Assembly: GCA_036270955.1 (NCBI GenBank)
Contig: DATBBM010000142.1
Span: 1,440 to 65,439 of the forward strand
Reading direction: 5' to 3'
From: Casimicrobiaceae bacterium
Lineage (GTDB): Bacteria; Pseudomonadota; Gammaproteobacteria; Burkholderiales; Casimicrobiaceae
DNA: 64,000 nt
The translations under genes and the position numbers were made by a program. This document shows, piece by piece, positions 46,573 through 55,578 of the stretch. Every line of letters starts with the position of its first letter. Within the stretch, counting starts at the first letter, position 1. A model generated the notes under the pieces. It was not told the origin of the DNA and did no database searches. It saw only the letters and a program-made list of their open reading frames with translations.

Positions 46573-47667
46573 GTGCCGTCATCGAAGCGTAGAATCGGAA
46601 TCATAGGCGTCGGGTTCGGCGCGCAGGTGCACGTGCCGGGCTTTCGCTCCGAGGGCTGGGAAGTGGCGGCGATCTGCAGCCGCAACCGGGCAAAGGCGGA
46701 GAAAGCCGCCGCCGATTCGGGCATCGCCGGTATTCATACCGATCCGCTCGAGCTCATCGGGCGCGACGACATCGAGGCCGTCGCGATCATCACGCCGCCC
46801 GGCGCGCACCACGATCTGTCGATCGCAGCGTTGAACGCCGGCAAGCCTGTGCTGTGCGAAAAGCCGTTCGCCATCGACGTCCGGCAGGCGGTCGCGATGC
46901 GGGATGCCGCCTCGAAATCCGGGCTGACCGCGATGGTCGCGCATGAATTCCGCCATACGCCGCAGCGAGCCTATATCAGACAGCTTCTTTCCGACGGCTA
47001 TATCGGAAGGTTCCAGCTGTGCACGATCGAGCTGTTCCTTGATCGCTACGTGACCGCCACGCCACGGCCGGCGAGCTGGATGGCGAGCAACGCCGACGGA
47101 GGCGGCTTGCTGGGCGCGCTCGGATCGCACTACATCGACGCCTTGCGCGACTGGTTCGGCGAAGTTGCCACCGTCAGCGGGCGACTGGCGGGCTTACGGC
47201 CCGACGTCGTCGACACGGCGACCGGCAGGATCGTCAAGGCCGAATCGGACGACACCTTCCTGTTCACCCTTACTTTCGCGCACGGGGGCATCGCCACGAT
47301 GATCGCGTCGTTCGCTGCGACACCGTCGCGCGGGACCAGAATCGCTGTCGTCGGTGAAAGCGGCACATTGATCGCCGAGCAGCCCGGTCCGAATCCGCTG
47401 GAGGACGGCGTTGTGATCGCAAGCCGCAACGGCGAGCCCTTGAAGGCGCTGGAAACGCCCGGACGATATACGCCTTTCAAGGATCCGCGCGATCACCGGC
47501 TGATGGCGTTCCGCTTGCTCGTGCGCGATTTCACCGCCGGCGTCGAGCGGCATACGTCGCCGGCGCCGAATTTTACCGACGGGCTGCGTGGTCAGGAAGT
47601 TCTCGACGCGGTGCGAAAATCATCCGAGTCGGGGCGCACGATCGCCCTGGATGATTTGCACGATTGA
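46573..47667 (+). CDS. Gfo/Idh/MocA family oxidoreductase
   Basis: IGIIGVGFGAQVH Rossmann motif and CEKPFA. GTG start. Confidence 0.85.
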   Translation: MPSSKRRIGIIGVGFGAQVHVPGFRSEGWEVAAICSRNRAKAEKAAADSGIAGIHTDPLELIGRDDIEAVAIITPPGAHHDLSIAALNAGKPVLCEKPFAIDVRQAVAMRDAASKSGLTAMVAHEFRHTPQRAYIRQLLSDGYIGRFQLCTIELFLDRYVTATPRPASWMASNADGGGLLGALGSHYIDALRDWFGEVATVSGRLAGLRPDVVDTATGRIVKAESDDTFLFTLTFAHGGIATMIASFAATPSRGTRIAVVGESGTLIAEQPGPNPLEDGVVIASRNGEPLKALETPGRYTPFKDPRDHRLMAFRLLVRDFTAGVERHTSPAPNFTDGLRGQEVLDAVRKSSESGRTIALDDLHD

Positions 47668-47756
47668 ATATCTCGCCAGCTCGCATCCGACGGAGAGAAA
47701 GAGGCTCCAGCCGCCGCGGCCAGGGCGGCGTTGCTCCCGGCGGGCGCTTCTAAAAG

Positions 47757-47903
47757 CTAGCCCGGCGTTCCCTTAAGGTCGATCTTAATCGTTGGCGTCC
47801 GTGATTCCGGCAGACTGCCGACCAGCTGCATCAATACCATCACCAGCATTCCCGCCGATCCGCCGAGCAGAAACGCCGCCAGCAACCACCAAATCGAAAC
47901 CAT
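47757..47903 (-). CDS. Unannotated small hydrophobic peptide, 48 aa (MVSIWWLLAAFLLGGSAGMLVMVLMQLVGSLPESRTPTIKIDLKGTPG)
   Basis: I translated it by hand. GGAGGT RBS 7 nt upstream of the ATG and one TM helix. It is a paralogue of 48147..48299. Confidence 0.45.
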   Translation of the reverse strand: MVSIWWLLAAFLLGGSAGMLVMVLMQLVGSLPESRTPTIKIDLKGTPG

Positions 47904-48146
47904 CGCGCTACCTCCAGTCCTAGGCTACGTCGGTTCCGCAAGGACCGGGTAGATCATCGCGTCCCGGCCGCGCTATCCGAGCCATGCGATGCTGCCGCTG
48001 GATCGGCGTTGTTGTTGACAATGTGTTTGAACAAGTCAAAAAAAGAGCCCGGCGTGAGCCGGACTCTTGCAGAAACTGCTGCGATGCAGCGCGTCGCGCG
48101 CTTTCGAATATCGGCCGCGCCGTGTCGGCGCACCAAACGTTCTGCG

Positions 48147-48299
48147 TCAGTACTCGTCCGACAAGACGACTCGCGCGTGTTTCGGAATTCGCGCCGACTG
48201 CTCGGACTGGGAAGCGGACATGCACATCAGTGCGGTAATCAGCATCCCTATGAAGGAACCCAGGAAGAACGCGATCGGTAACCACCAGATAGAGACCAT
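48147..48299 (-). CDS. Unannotated small hydrophobic peptide, 50 aa (MVSIWWLPIAFFLGSFIGMLITALMCMSASQSEQSARIPKHARVVLSDEY)
   Basis: I translated it by hand. GGAGGT RBS 6 nt upstream and one TM helix. It shares the MVSIWWL N-terminus with 47757..47903. Confidence 0.45.
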   Translation of the reverse strand: MVSIWWLPIAFFLGSFIGMLITALMCMSASQSEQSARIPKHARVVLSDEY

Positions 48300-48483
48300 C
48301 GGTGACCTCCGTTTCCACCGGTCCTACGTATGAACGTCTGCCGGTTACAGAGTTTGATGGTCGCCCGACTGGCAAAGTTCTCGCCGCTGCGCGCGTGCTG
48401 CGTTGCACACAGGGCAATGCCGAGCTCAGACCGCGCTTTCGAGTCATCGGATGCAGCATCGTGCGCATCGCGCGGCAGGCATC

Positions 48484-49659
48484 CTAATCCCAGGACAGCG
48501 CGCCGCCGGTCTGGTACTCGATCACCCGTGTCTCGAAAAAGTTTTTTTCCTTTTTCAGGTCGATCATTTCCGCCATCCAGGGAAACGGATTGTCGGCTTT
48601 ATCGAACAACGCATCGATACCGATCTGCTGGCAGCGGCGGTTGGCGATGAAACGCAGATATTCCTTGAACATCGGCGCGTTGAGTCCCAGCACGCCGCGC
48701 GGCATCGTGTCCTCGGCATACGCGTACTCGAGATCGACGCCCTTTTTCATCAACACGCGGATCTCCTCGCGGAATTCCGGCGTCCACAGGTGCGGGTTCT
48801 CCATCTTGACCGTGTTGACCAGATCGATGCCGAAATTGCAGTGCATGCTCTCGTCGCGCAGGATGTACTGATACTGCTCGGACGCCCCGGTCATCTTGTT
48901 CTGCCGGCCCATCGCCAGGATCTGCACGAAGCCGACGTAGAAGAACAGCCCTTCCATGATGCAGGAGAACACGATCAGGCTCTTCAGCAGCTTCTGATCG
49001 GCTTCCATCGTGCCTGTCTTGAACGCCGGATCGGTCAACACCTCGATGAACGGGATCAGGAACTCGTCCTTGTCGCGAATCGACTTGATCTCGTGATAGG
49101 CGTTGAAGATCTCCGCTTCATTGAGGCCGAGGCTCTCGACGATGTATTGGTAGGCGTGCGTGTGGATCGCCTCTTCGAACGCCTGCCGTAGCAGATACTG
49201 CCGGCATTCGGGCGCGGTGATGTGACGATAGGTCCCGAGCACGATGTTGTTGGCCGCCAGACTGTCCGCGGTGACGAAGAATCCCAGGTTGCGCTTGACG
49301 ATCAGCCGCTCATCTTCGGTCAGGCCCTGCGGGTTCTTCCACAGCTCGATGTCGCGCTGCATGTTGATCTCCTGCGGCATCCAGTGATTGGCGCACGCAG
49401 AGAGATACTTGTCCCAGGCCCATTTGTACTTGAACGGGACCAGCTGGTTGACGTCGCTTTGCGCGTTGATCACCCGCTTGTCTTCCGCGCGGACGCGCCG
49501 GAAGCCGTTCGCCATCGCCTGCGATTCGACATCGAGATCGTGCACCGGCTCGCGCGAAAGGATGCCCCCCGTGGTCTGGGCGCGGATCGTTTCGGGAGTC
49601 GCGGGCAGCACGCGCGGCTGCGGCCCGGGTGTCACGAAATCGTCTTCGAAAGTGAGCAT
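48484..49659 (-). CDS. nrdB: Class Ia ribonucleoside-diphosphate reductase beta subunit
   Basis: Di-iron and tyrosyl-radical ligand regions ([32 protein letters not shown]). Confidence 0.95.
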   Translation of the reverse strand: MLTFEDDFVTPGPQPRVLPATPETIRAQTTGGILSREPVHDLDVESQAMANGFRRVRAEDKRVINAQSDVNQLVPFKYKWAWDKYLSACANHWMPQEINMQRDIELWKNPQGLTEDERLIVKRNLGFFVTADSLAANNIVLGTYRHITAPECRQYLLRQAFEEAIHTHAYQYIVESLGLNEAEIFNAYHEIKSIRDKDEFLIPFIEVLTDPAFKTGTMEADQKLLKSLIVFSCIMEGLFFYVGFVQILAMGRQNKMTGASEQYQYILRDESMHCNFGIDLVNTVKMENPHLWTPEFREEIRVLMKKGVDLEYAYAEDTMPRGVLGLNAPMFKEYLRFIANRRCQQIGIDALFDKADNPFPWMAEMIDLKKEKNFFETRVIEYQTGGALSWD

Positions 49660-49883
49660 ACTGGCCTCGTCGTCCTAATAACTGATGCGTGTCCTTTTTC
49701 CTCGTTCCGGCACTATCGTCCGGCGCGGGGAGTTCTTCTTAATATAGGTTCTTTTGCTGATATTTCAAGGCGTTGCCGCGTCTCCAGGCGCCGCGCCGCG
49801 CCCTGCTGCGAAGGGATAGCCGCCTTGCCAGCACCGACGATGACGGTGTGGACCCAAGCCCCGGCAAACGGCCGGCGATCCCG

Positions 49884-50147
49884 CTAATGCACTGCGTTCA
49901 ACCTTTCGTACAGATAGTCGGGTGCAAAGTCGACACCGTTTTCCCAGGCGATAGTCGCCAGTCCGTAATCGAGGACAAAGGCAGCGAATCGAGCACGGTC
50001 ACGCAACGATTCGAATTCCTCGCCGTACAGCTCGTCCGCGAGATCGACCACGCCTTTTCGTCCATCGTTGAATTCCAACCAAACCTTGTAGTCACCGAGA
50101 TACCGCGCATCCACCACATGACATGGGACATGCTCGTACTGGGCCAT
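49884..50147 (-). CDS. DUF2442 domain protein
   Basis: GGAGGA RBS. YLGDYKVWLEFNDGRKGVVDL...IAWENGVDFAPDYLY matches the DUF2442 pattern. Confidence 0.8.
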   Translation of the reverse strand: MAQYEHVPCHVVDARYLGDYKVWLEFNDGRKGVVDLADELYGEEFESLRDRARFAAFVLDYGLATIAWENGVDFAPDYLYERLNAVH

Positions 50148-50519
50148 CTACCGGTCCTCCACGTTGGTTGCCAGAGCTTGCCATTCTCGTGCCGCTCATT
50201 GCGCCGTATTGCGTCGTACGCCGTGCGGATGATCCCGCACGGACCTCTTGCCGCAACTCAGCCGGCGCGTGCGGTTGATTTCGCACGCGCCCACGCTGGG
50301 TCCGCAACATCCGGCCATCCTTCGGCCGTCCCGCTGACGCCCGGCGACTCTCGCAACCTCCTGTCTGGGTGCGCGCCGCAACGTCCTTTTCGGTCCCGCT
50401 CGTCTTGAACCGCTGCAGCGGCGGGATCCGCAAAATCCATCCCCGCGTCGACGGCGGGGCTTGCTGACATCGAGCCGATTACCTCCGCTTGGTTGAACGC
50501 CCCACAGGGCGCTTTCCGA

Positions 50520-53477
50520 TCACTGGCAGGACTCGCAATCCGGGTTGTCGATCGCGCAGAACTTCGGCGGATCGGGCTCCTGCATGGTATTTGCCGCTGG
50601 TCTCGCGGTCGCCTTCGCCGCAGCACGGCCGGCCGCGCCGCCCGATTCCGGCACCGCATTGAGCTCGCCGCCCTGGCCGGTGGATTTCTCGGCCGAGGTC
50701 GCCGCGAGCGTGCGCAGGTAATAGGTCGTCTTCAATCCGCGCATCCACGCCAGCTTGTAGGTCTCGTCGAGCTTCTTGCCCGACGCGCCGGCCATGTAGA
50801 TGTTCAGCGATTGCGCCTGGTCGATCCATTTCTGGCGCCTCGCGCCGGCCTCGACGATCCATGTCGCATCGACCTCGAACGCCGTCGCATACAGCTGGCG
50901 CAAGCCGGCCGGAATGCGGTCGATCCGGGCCAGCGACCCGTCGAAGTACTTCAGATCGGAGACCATGACGTCGTCCCACAGGTCGAGGCGCTTCAGCTCC
51001 GCGACCAGATGTTCGTTGACGACGGTGAACTCGCCGGACAGGTTCGACTTGACGTAGATGTTCTGGTACTCGGGCTCGATCGATGCGCCGACGCCGATGA
51101 TGTTGGAGATCGTGGCGGTCGGGGCAATGGCGATGCAGTTGGAATTGCGCATGCCATGCTGCTTGACCCGCGCGCGCAGCGCATCCCAGTCCATCGCGAC
51201 AGAGTCGTCGAGCTCGACGTAGCCGCCGCGCTCGTCACGAAGCAGCTTGACCGAGTCCTGCGGCATGACGCCGCGGTCCCACAGGCTGCCCTTGTAAGAG
51301 CTGTAGCGGCCCCGCTCTTCGGCGAGCTCCGTCGACGCCCAGTAGGCGTAGTAGCAGACCGCTTCCATCGACCGGTCGGCAAATTCCATCGCATCGTCCG
51401 ACGCGTACGGCGTCTTCAACAGATGCAGGCAATCCTGGAAACCCATGATGCCCAGGCCGACCGGGCGGTGCTTGAGGTTCGAATTGCGCGCCTTCGCGAC
51501 CGCGTAGTAATTGATGTCGATGACGTTGTCCAGCATTCGCATCGCCGTCCTGATCGTCACCCTCAGCTTTTCGTGATCGAGCTCGTAGACGGCGTCGTCG
51601 CCTTTGCCGACCTTCTTCATGTGTGCGAGCAGGTTCACCGAGCCCAGGTTGCATACGGCGATCTCGGTATCGCTGGTGTTCAGCGTGATCTCCGTGCAGA
51701 GGTTCGAGCTGTGCACGGCGCCGACGTGCGACTGCGGCGAGCGCACATTGCAGGCATCCTTGAACGTGATCCACGGGTGCCCGGTTTCGAACAGCATCGA
51801 CAGCATCTTGCGCCACAGCTGCAAGGCGGGGAGCTTCTTGAACAGCTTCAGATCGCCGCGCGCCGCCTTCTCCTCGTAGCGCGTGTACGCTTCTTCGAAC
51901 CTGCGGCCCCATTTGTCGTGCAGGTCCGGTACGTCGGCCGGCGAGAACAGCGTCCAGTCGCCGCCTTCCATCACGCGCTTCATGAACAAGTCCGGAATCC
52001 AGTTCGCCGTATTCATGTCGTGCGTGCGCCGGCGATCGTCTCCGGTGTTCTTGCGCAGCTCGAGGAACTCCTCGATGTCCAGATGCCAGGTCTCGAGATA
52101 CGAGCACACCGCTCCCTTGCGCTTGCCACCCTGGTTGACGGCGACCGCGGTGTCGTTGACGACCTTCAGGAACGGAACGACGCCCTGCGACTTGCCGTTG
52201 GTGCCCTTGATATGGCTGCCCAGCGCGCGCACGTTGGTCCAGTCGTTGCCCAGGCCCCCGGCGAACTTGGAGAGGAGGGCGTTTTCCTTGATCGCCTCGT
52301 AGATTCCGTCGAGGTCGTCGGCCACCGTTGTCAGGTAGCACGACGAGAGCTGCGACCGATGCGTGCCCGAATTGAAGAGGGTCGGTGTCGAGCTCATGAA
52401 GTCGAACGTCGACAGCACATTGTAGAATTCGATCGCGCGTGCCTCGCGATTGACCTCGTTCAGCGCCAGCCCCATCGCCACACGCATGAAGAATGCCTGC
52501 GGCAGCTCGAAGCGGCGGCCGGCCCCGGCAAATTGCGCGAACTGGTCGATCAGGAAATAGCGGTCATAAAGCGTCTGCAGCCCCAGGTACCCGAACTGCA
52601 TGTCGCGCGAGGGGACGAGCGCGGCGCCCAGCGTCTTCAGGTCGTAATGCGCCAGCCCTTCGTTGAGCAGCCCGATCTTGATCCCATGCTTGACGAAGCG
52701 CGGAAAATAATCGGCGTACTTGGTCGCCATGTCGGCCTGCGTCGCCTCCTCGCCCAGCGCCTCGAAACGGATCGCGTCGAGCAGCAGGCGCGCGGTGACG
52801 AAGCTGTAAGCCGGATCTTTTTCAATCAACGTGCGCGCCGCGAGAACGACGCACTTTCGCACTTCGTCCATCGGCACGCCGTCGTACAGGTCCTTCAGAG
52901 TCGCCTTCAGCACACGCTCGGGCTCGACGTCGGAAAGGCCTTCGCATGAAGTACGCACCAGGTCGGTAAGCCTCTCCATGTCGAGCGGCCGCGTGACGCC
53001 GTTGTCGATCACATTGATCGCGGCGCTTTCGGCAGCGGTGCCTTTTTCCTTCTTTTCGTGCGCGCGCTCCTGCGAGCGCTTTTCGCGGTAGAGCACATAG
53101 GCACGAGCGACTTCGTGCTCGCCGCCGCGCATCAGCGCGAGCTCGACCTGGTCCTGGATCTCCTCGATGTGGATCGCCCCGCCATCGGGCTTGCGCTTCA
53201 TCAGCGCGGCGACGACGACGTCGGTGAGCTTTGCCGTCAGCTCGCGTACGCGCGCCGACGCGGCACCCTGTCCGCCGTTGACGGCGAGAAAAGCCTTGGT
53301 CACCGCGATAGCGATTTTGGACGGCTCGAACGCCACAACGGCGCCGTTGCGGCGGATCACCTTGTACTGGGCTAGTCGCGGATCGTTGTTAGCCGCTAGT
53401 GTTGCGCTCGTCTCTCCGGGCATCAGGTTGCGCTGTGCAGGGGAAGATGGAGTGGCGGCAGAGCTGGCGACTTGCAT
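50520..53477 (-). CDS. nrdA: Class Ia ribonucleoside-diphosphate reductase alpha subunit
   Basis: N-terminal ATP-cone (VIRRNGAVVAFEPSKI), the active-site region NLCTEI and the C-terminal CESC pair. Confidence 0.95.
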   Translation of the reverse strand: MQVASSAATPSSPAQRNLMPGETSATLAANNDPRLAQYKVIRRNGAVVAFEPSKIAIAVTKAFLAVNGGQGAASARVRELTAKLTDVVVAALMKRKPDGGAIHIEEIQDQVELALMRGGEHEVARAYVLYREKRSQERAHEKKEKGTAAESAAINVIDNGVTRPLDMERLTDLVRTSCEGLSDVEPERVLKATLKDLYDGVPMDEVRKCVVLAARTLIEKDPAYSFVTARLLLDAIRFEALGEEATQADMATKYADYFPRFVKHGIKIGLLNEGLAHYDLKTLGAALVPSRDMQFGYLGLQTLYDRYFLIDQFAQFAGAGRRFELPQAFFMRVAMGLALNEVNREARAIEFYNVLSTFDFMSSTPTLFNSGTHRSQLSSCYLTTVADDLDGIYEAIKENALLSKFAGGLGNDWTNVRALGSHIKGTNGKSQGVVPFLKVVNDTAVAVNQGGKRKGAVCSYLETWHLDIEEFLELRKNTGDDRRRTHDMNTANWIPDLFMKRVMEGGDWTLFSPADVPDLHDKWGRRFEEAYTRYEEKAARGDLKLFKKLPALQLWRKMLSMLFETGHPWITFKDACNVRSPQSHVGAVHSSNLCTEITLNTSDTEIAVCNLGSVNLLAHMKKVGKGDDAVYELDHEKLRVTIRTAMRMLDNVIDINYYAVAKARNSNLKHRPVGLGIMGFQDCLHLLKTPYASDDAMEFADRSMEAVCYYAYWASTELAEERGRYSSYKGSLWDRGVMPQDSVKLLRDERGGYVELDDSVAMDWDALRARVKQHGMRNSNCIAIAPTATISNIIGVGASIEPEYQNIYVKSNLSGEFTVVNEHLVAELKRLDLWDDVMVSDLKYFDGSLARIDRIPAGLRQLYATAFEVDATWIVEAGARRQKWIDQAQSLNIYMAGASGKKLDETYKLAWMRGLKTTYYLRTLAATSAEKSTGQGGELNAVPESGGAAGRAAAKATARPAANTMQEPDPPKFCAIDNPDCESCQ

Positions 53478-53646
53478 GGAGCGTTCTCCTGTCGAAATCT
53501 TATGGTTCTTGGCTTCTTCGCGCTTCGCTCGGGGTCCCCGCCAGCCCGGTCGAGCGCTGGCGCGGGCTCCGGCTGCCGATCCGGCGGCACCGACCCAGCC
53601 GCCGGCCCCTTCGTCGAGGCTTCCGGAAAACCCTTACGAATCAAAA

Positions 53647-53693
53647 CTACTATATCTTGTGTTCAAGTGCTGAATCAACACCAATCATAGTAG
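53647..53693 (-). promoter_or_regulatory. Tandem NrdR boxes overlapping a sigma70-like promoter upstream of nrdA
   Basis: In nrdA sense the boxes are CTACTATGATTGGTGT (53693-53678) and ACACAAGATATAGTAG (53662-53647), with centres 31 bp apart. The -35 is TTGATT (53678-53673), followed by an 18-nt spacer and the -10 TATAGT (53654-53649). Confidence 0.65.
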
Positions 53694-54072
53694 CTAGGGC
53701 AAACCGGCGCAAGCGCTTTTTGATGCACAGGCAGGGGCCGGGAAAAGGCCCGAAAAATCAGGATCTAAGCTCGAGATTTTGTTACCGCTCACCGACCATC
53801 CACCGTCAATCCACCGTTCTGTCCACCGTTGCGGTGGACAACCTATTGGTGCGTCCGACGCCGGCCAAAGTTCGTCTGCTTGCCGAGGCGGCGGCACACC
53901 GCGATGTCGGAGAGCGGCCTACACGTGAATCGGAGCCATTCCGATTGTGCGGATATGCTAAATGCGGCAGCCTCGGTATGATCGCAGCGTCGCATCAGCC
54001 GCCGCGCGGTTTGTTGCGGCTGACGTCCGCTTCGCCGGACAGCGCGCCAAACCAAAAAAAGATCGCGAGAAT

Positions 54073-55455
54073 ATGGCTGAGCAAAATTCCAAGCACCGTC
54101 GTCAACCCGCGGGCATCGGCCGCATCGAAGGCCGCATCACTGCCGACGGCCTGACCCTCGGCGATCGCTCGTCCGGGCGCGGAACAGCAGAGGCCTCGTT
54201 GACTCGCCCCGGAGCGTGGCGGGTCGGCGGCCTGGTCGGCCGCAAGCTCGCGGCGATCGGCGCTGCGACGCCCGTCCGCTTCCGCGCGGTATTTTCCGAT
54301 GGGTCGGTCTACACCAATTGCGAAGCGGAGCAGGTCCCCGAATTCACCGTCACATTCCGTACGGCGCGCGCCGCGCTGCGCGTGCTCGCTTTCGGTCCGG
54401 TCGGGCTCCTCGAATCCTATTTCGACGGCAACCTCGACATCGAAGGCAATTTCCCGCTGGCGTTCCGCGCCGCGCTCGATGCGGGCTTCGACAATTCGCA
54501 GAACGCTTTGGTCGCGCTGCGCAACCGCTGGCACGAATTCCGTTTCTCCAACAAGTCGATTGCCCAGGCGAAGGCCAACGCCAGGTTTCACTACGGGCTG
54601 GGCGAGCCGTTCTACAAGCTCTGGCTCGACAAAGTCGGCATGATGTACACCTGCGCGTACTGGAAGGAAGGCACGAAGACACTGGAGGAAGCGCAGCAGA
54701 ACAAGATGGATCATGTCTGCCGGAAAGTGCAGCTCAAGCGCGGCGAAACCTTCATCGACGTCGGTTGCGGCTGGGGCGGACTGATGTTCCACGCATGGGA
54801 GCGCTATGGCGCTATCGGCACCGGAATCAATGCGACTACCGAACAGGTGATCGAGCTTCGCGCCGAGCTCGCGCGCCGCGGGCTGGATGACCGGCTCGGA
54901 CTTGTCGAATGCGATTTTCGCGAGATGCCGGGCCAGTACGACAAGCTGCTGTCGATCGGCACGCTCGAGCACGCGGGGCCCGACCAGCTGCTCGAGGTCA
55001 TCCGCGCGCACGCCGACGCGATGAAGCCGGGCGCGCTGGGCGTCATCCACTTCATTGGACACGTCGGGGACTTCTCCACCGAGTTCTATATCCGCAAGCA
55101 CATCTTTCCGGGCGGCTGGATACCGAGCCTGTCGCTCGCGATCGACGCGATGGAGAAATGCGGTCTCGAGGTGATCGACGTCGAAAACCTGCGCCGTCAT
55201 TACGCACTTACGCTCGACGCGTGGGCGTCGCGCTTCGACCAGAACTGGCCGGCGATCCAGGCGCTCGATCCGAGGCGGTTCGACGAGCGCTTCCGTCGTA
55301 CCTGGCGCACGTACCTGTGGGCCTGCGCGGAGATGTTCCGCTCGAAGAACGGCCATACGCATCTGTTCCAGGTGCTGGTGAGCAAGGGCAACATCGCCGG
55401 AAACTATCCGATGAGCCGCGCTTTTCTCTACGATGCCGTGGCACGGCCTTCGTGA
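54073..55455 (+). CDS. Cyclopropane-fatty-acyl-phospholipid synthase family SAM methyltransferase (BfaB/Cfa-like)
   Basis: HYGLGEPFYKLWLD, MMYTCAYW, FIDVGCGWGGL and the YLWACAEMF region are typical of the CFA/mycolic acid synthase family. Confidence 0.85.
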   Translation: MAEQNSKHRRQPAGIGRIEGRITADGLTLGDRSSGRGTAEASLTRPGAWRVGGLVGRKLAAIGAATPVRFRAVFSDGSVYTNCEAEQVPEFTVTFRTARAALRVLAFGPVGLLESYFDGNLDIEGNFPLAFRAALDAGFDNSQNALVALRNRWHEFRFSNKSIAQAKANARFHYGLGEPFYKLWLDKVGMMYTCAYWKEGTKTLEEAQQNKMDHVCRKVQLKRGETFIDVGCGWGGLMFHAWERYGAIGTGINATTEQVIELRAELARRGLDDRLGLVECDFREMPGQYDKLLSIGTLEHAGPDQLLEVIRAHADAMKPGALGVIHFIGHVGDFSTEFYIRKHIFPGGWIPSLSLAIDAMEKCGLEVIDVENLRRHYALTLDAWASRFDQNWPAIQALDPRRFDERFRRTWRTYLWACAEMFRSKNGHTHLFQVLVSKGNIAGNYPMSRAFLYDAVARPS

Positions 55456-55578
55456 GTCTTGAGTCGGTTCGTCGGGCTGAGGCTTTCTCGCCGCGGCGTC
55501 GCGCCTGACTCGCGCCGGCACGTGGCGGCGCGGCAGCGGTGACGCCGCACGCGCGGTTGACGCAACGGATTCCACCTC

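Noticed and set aside
50148-50519. Possible degraded DUF4160 partner gene upstream of DUF2442
   Set aside because: I translated all three minus-strand frames by hand and found nothing resembling the DUF4160 N-terminal pattern (hydrophobic start followed by a PPH.H-type motif). The only ORF (about 70 aa, MSASPAVDAG...) is low-complexity.
50493-52949. 818-aa ORF antisense to nrdA
   Set aside because: nrdA is unambiguous, so this is a shadow ORF.
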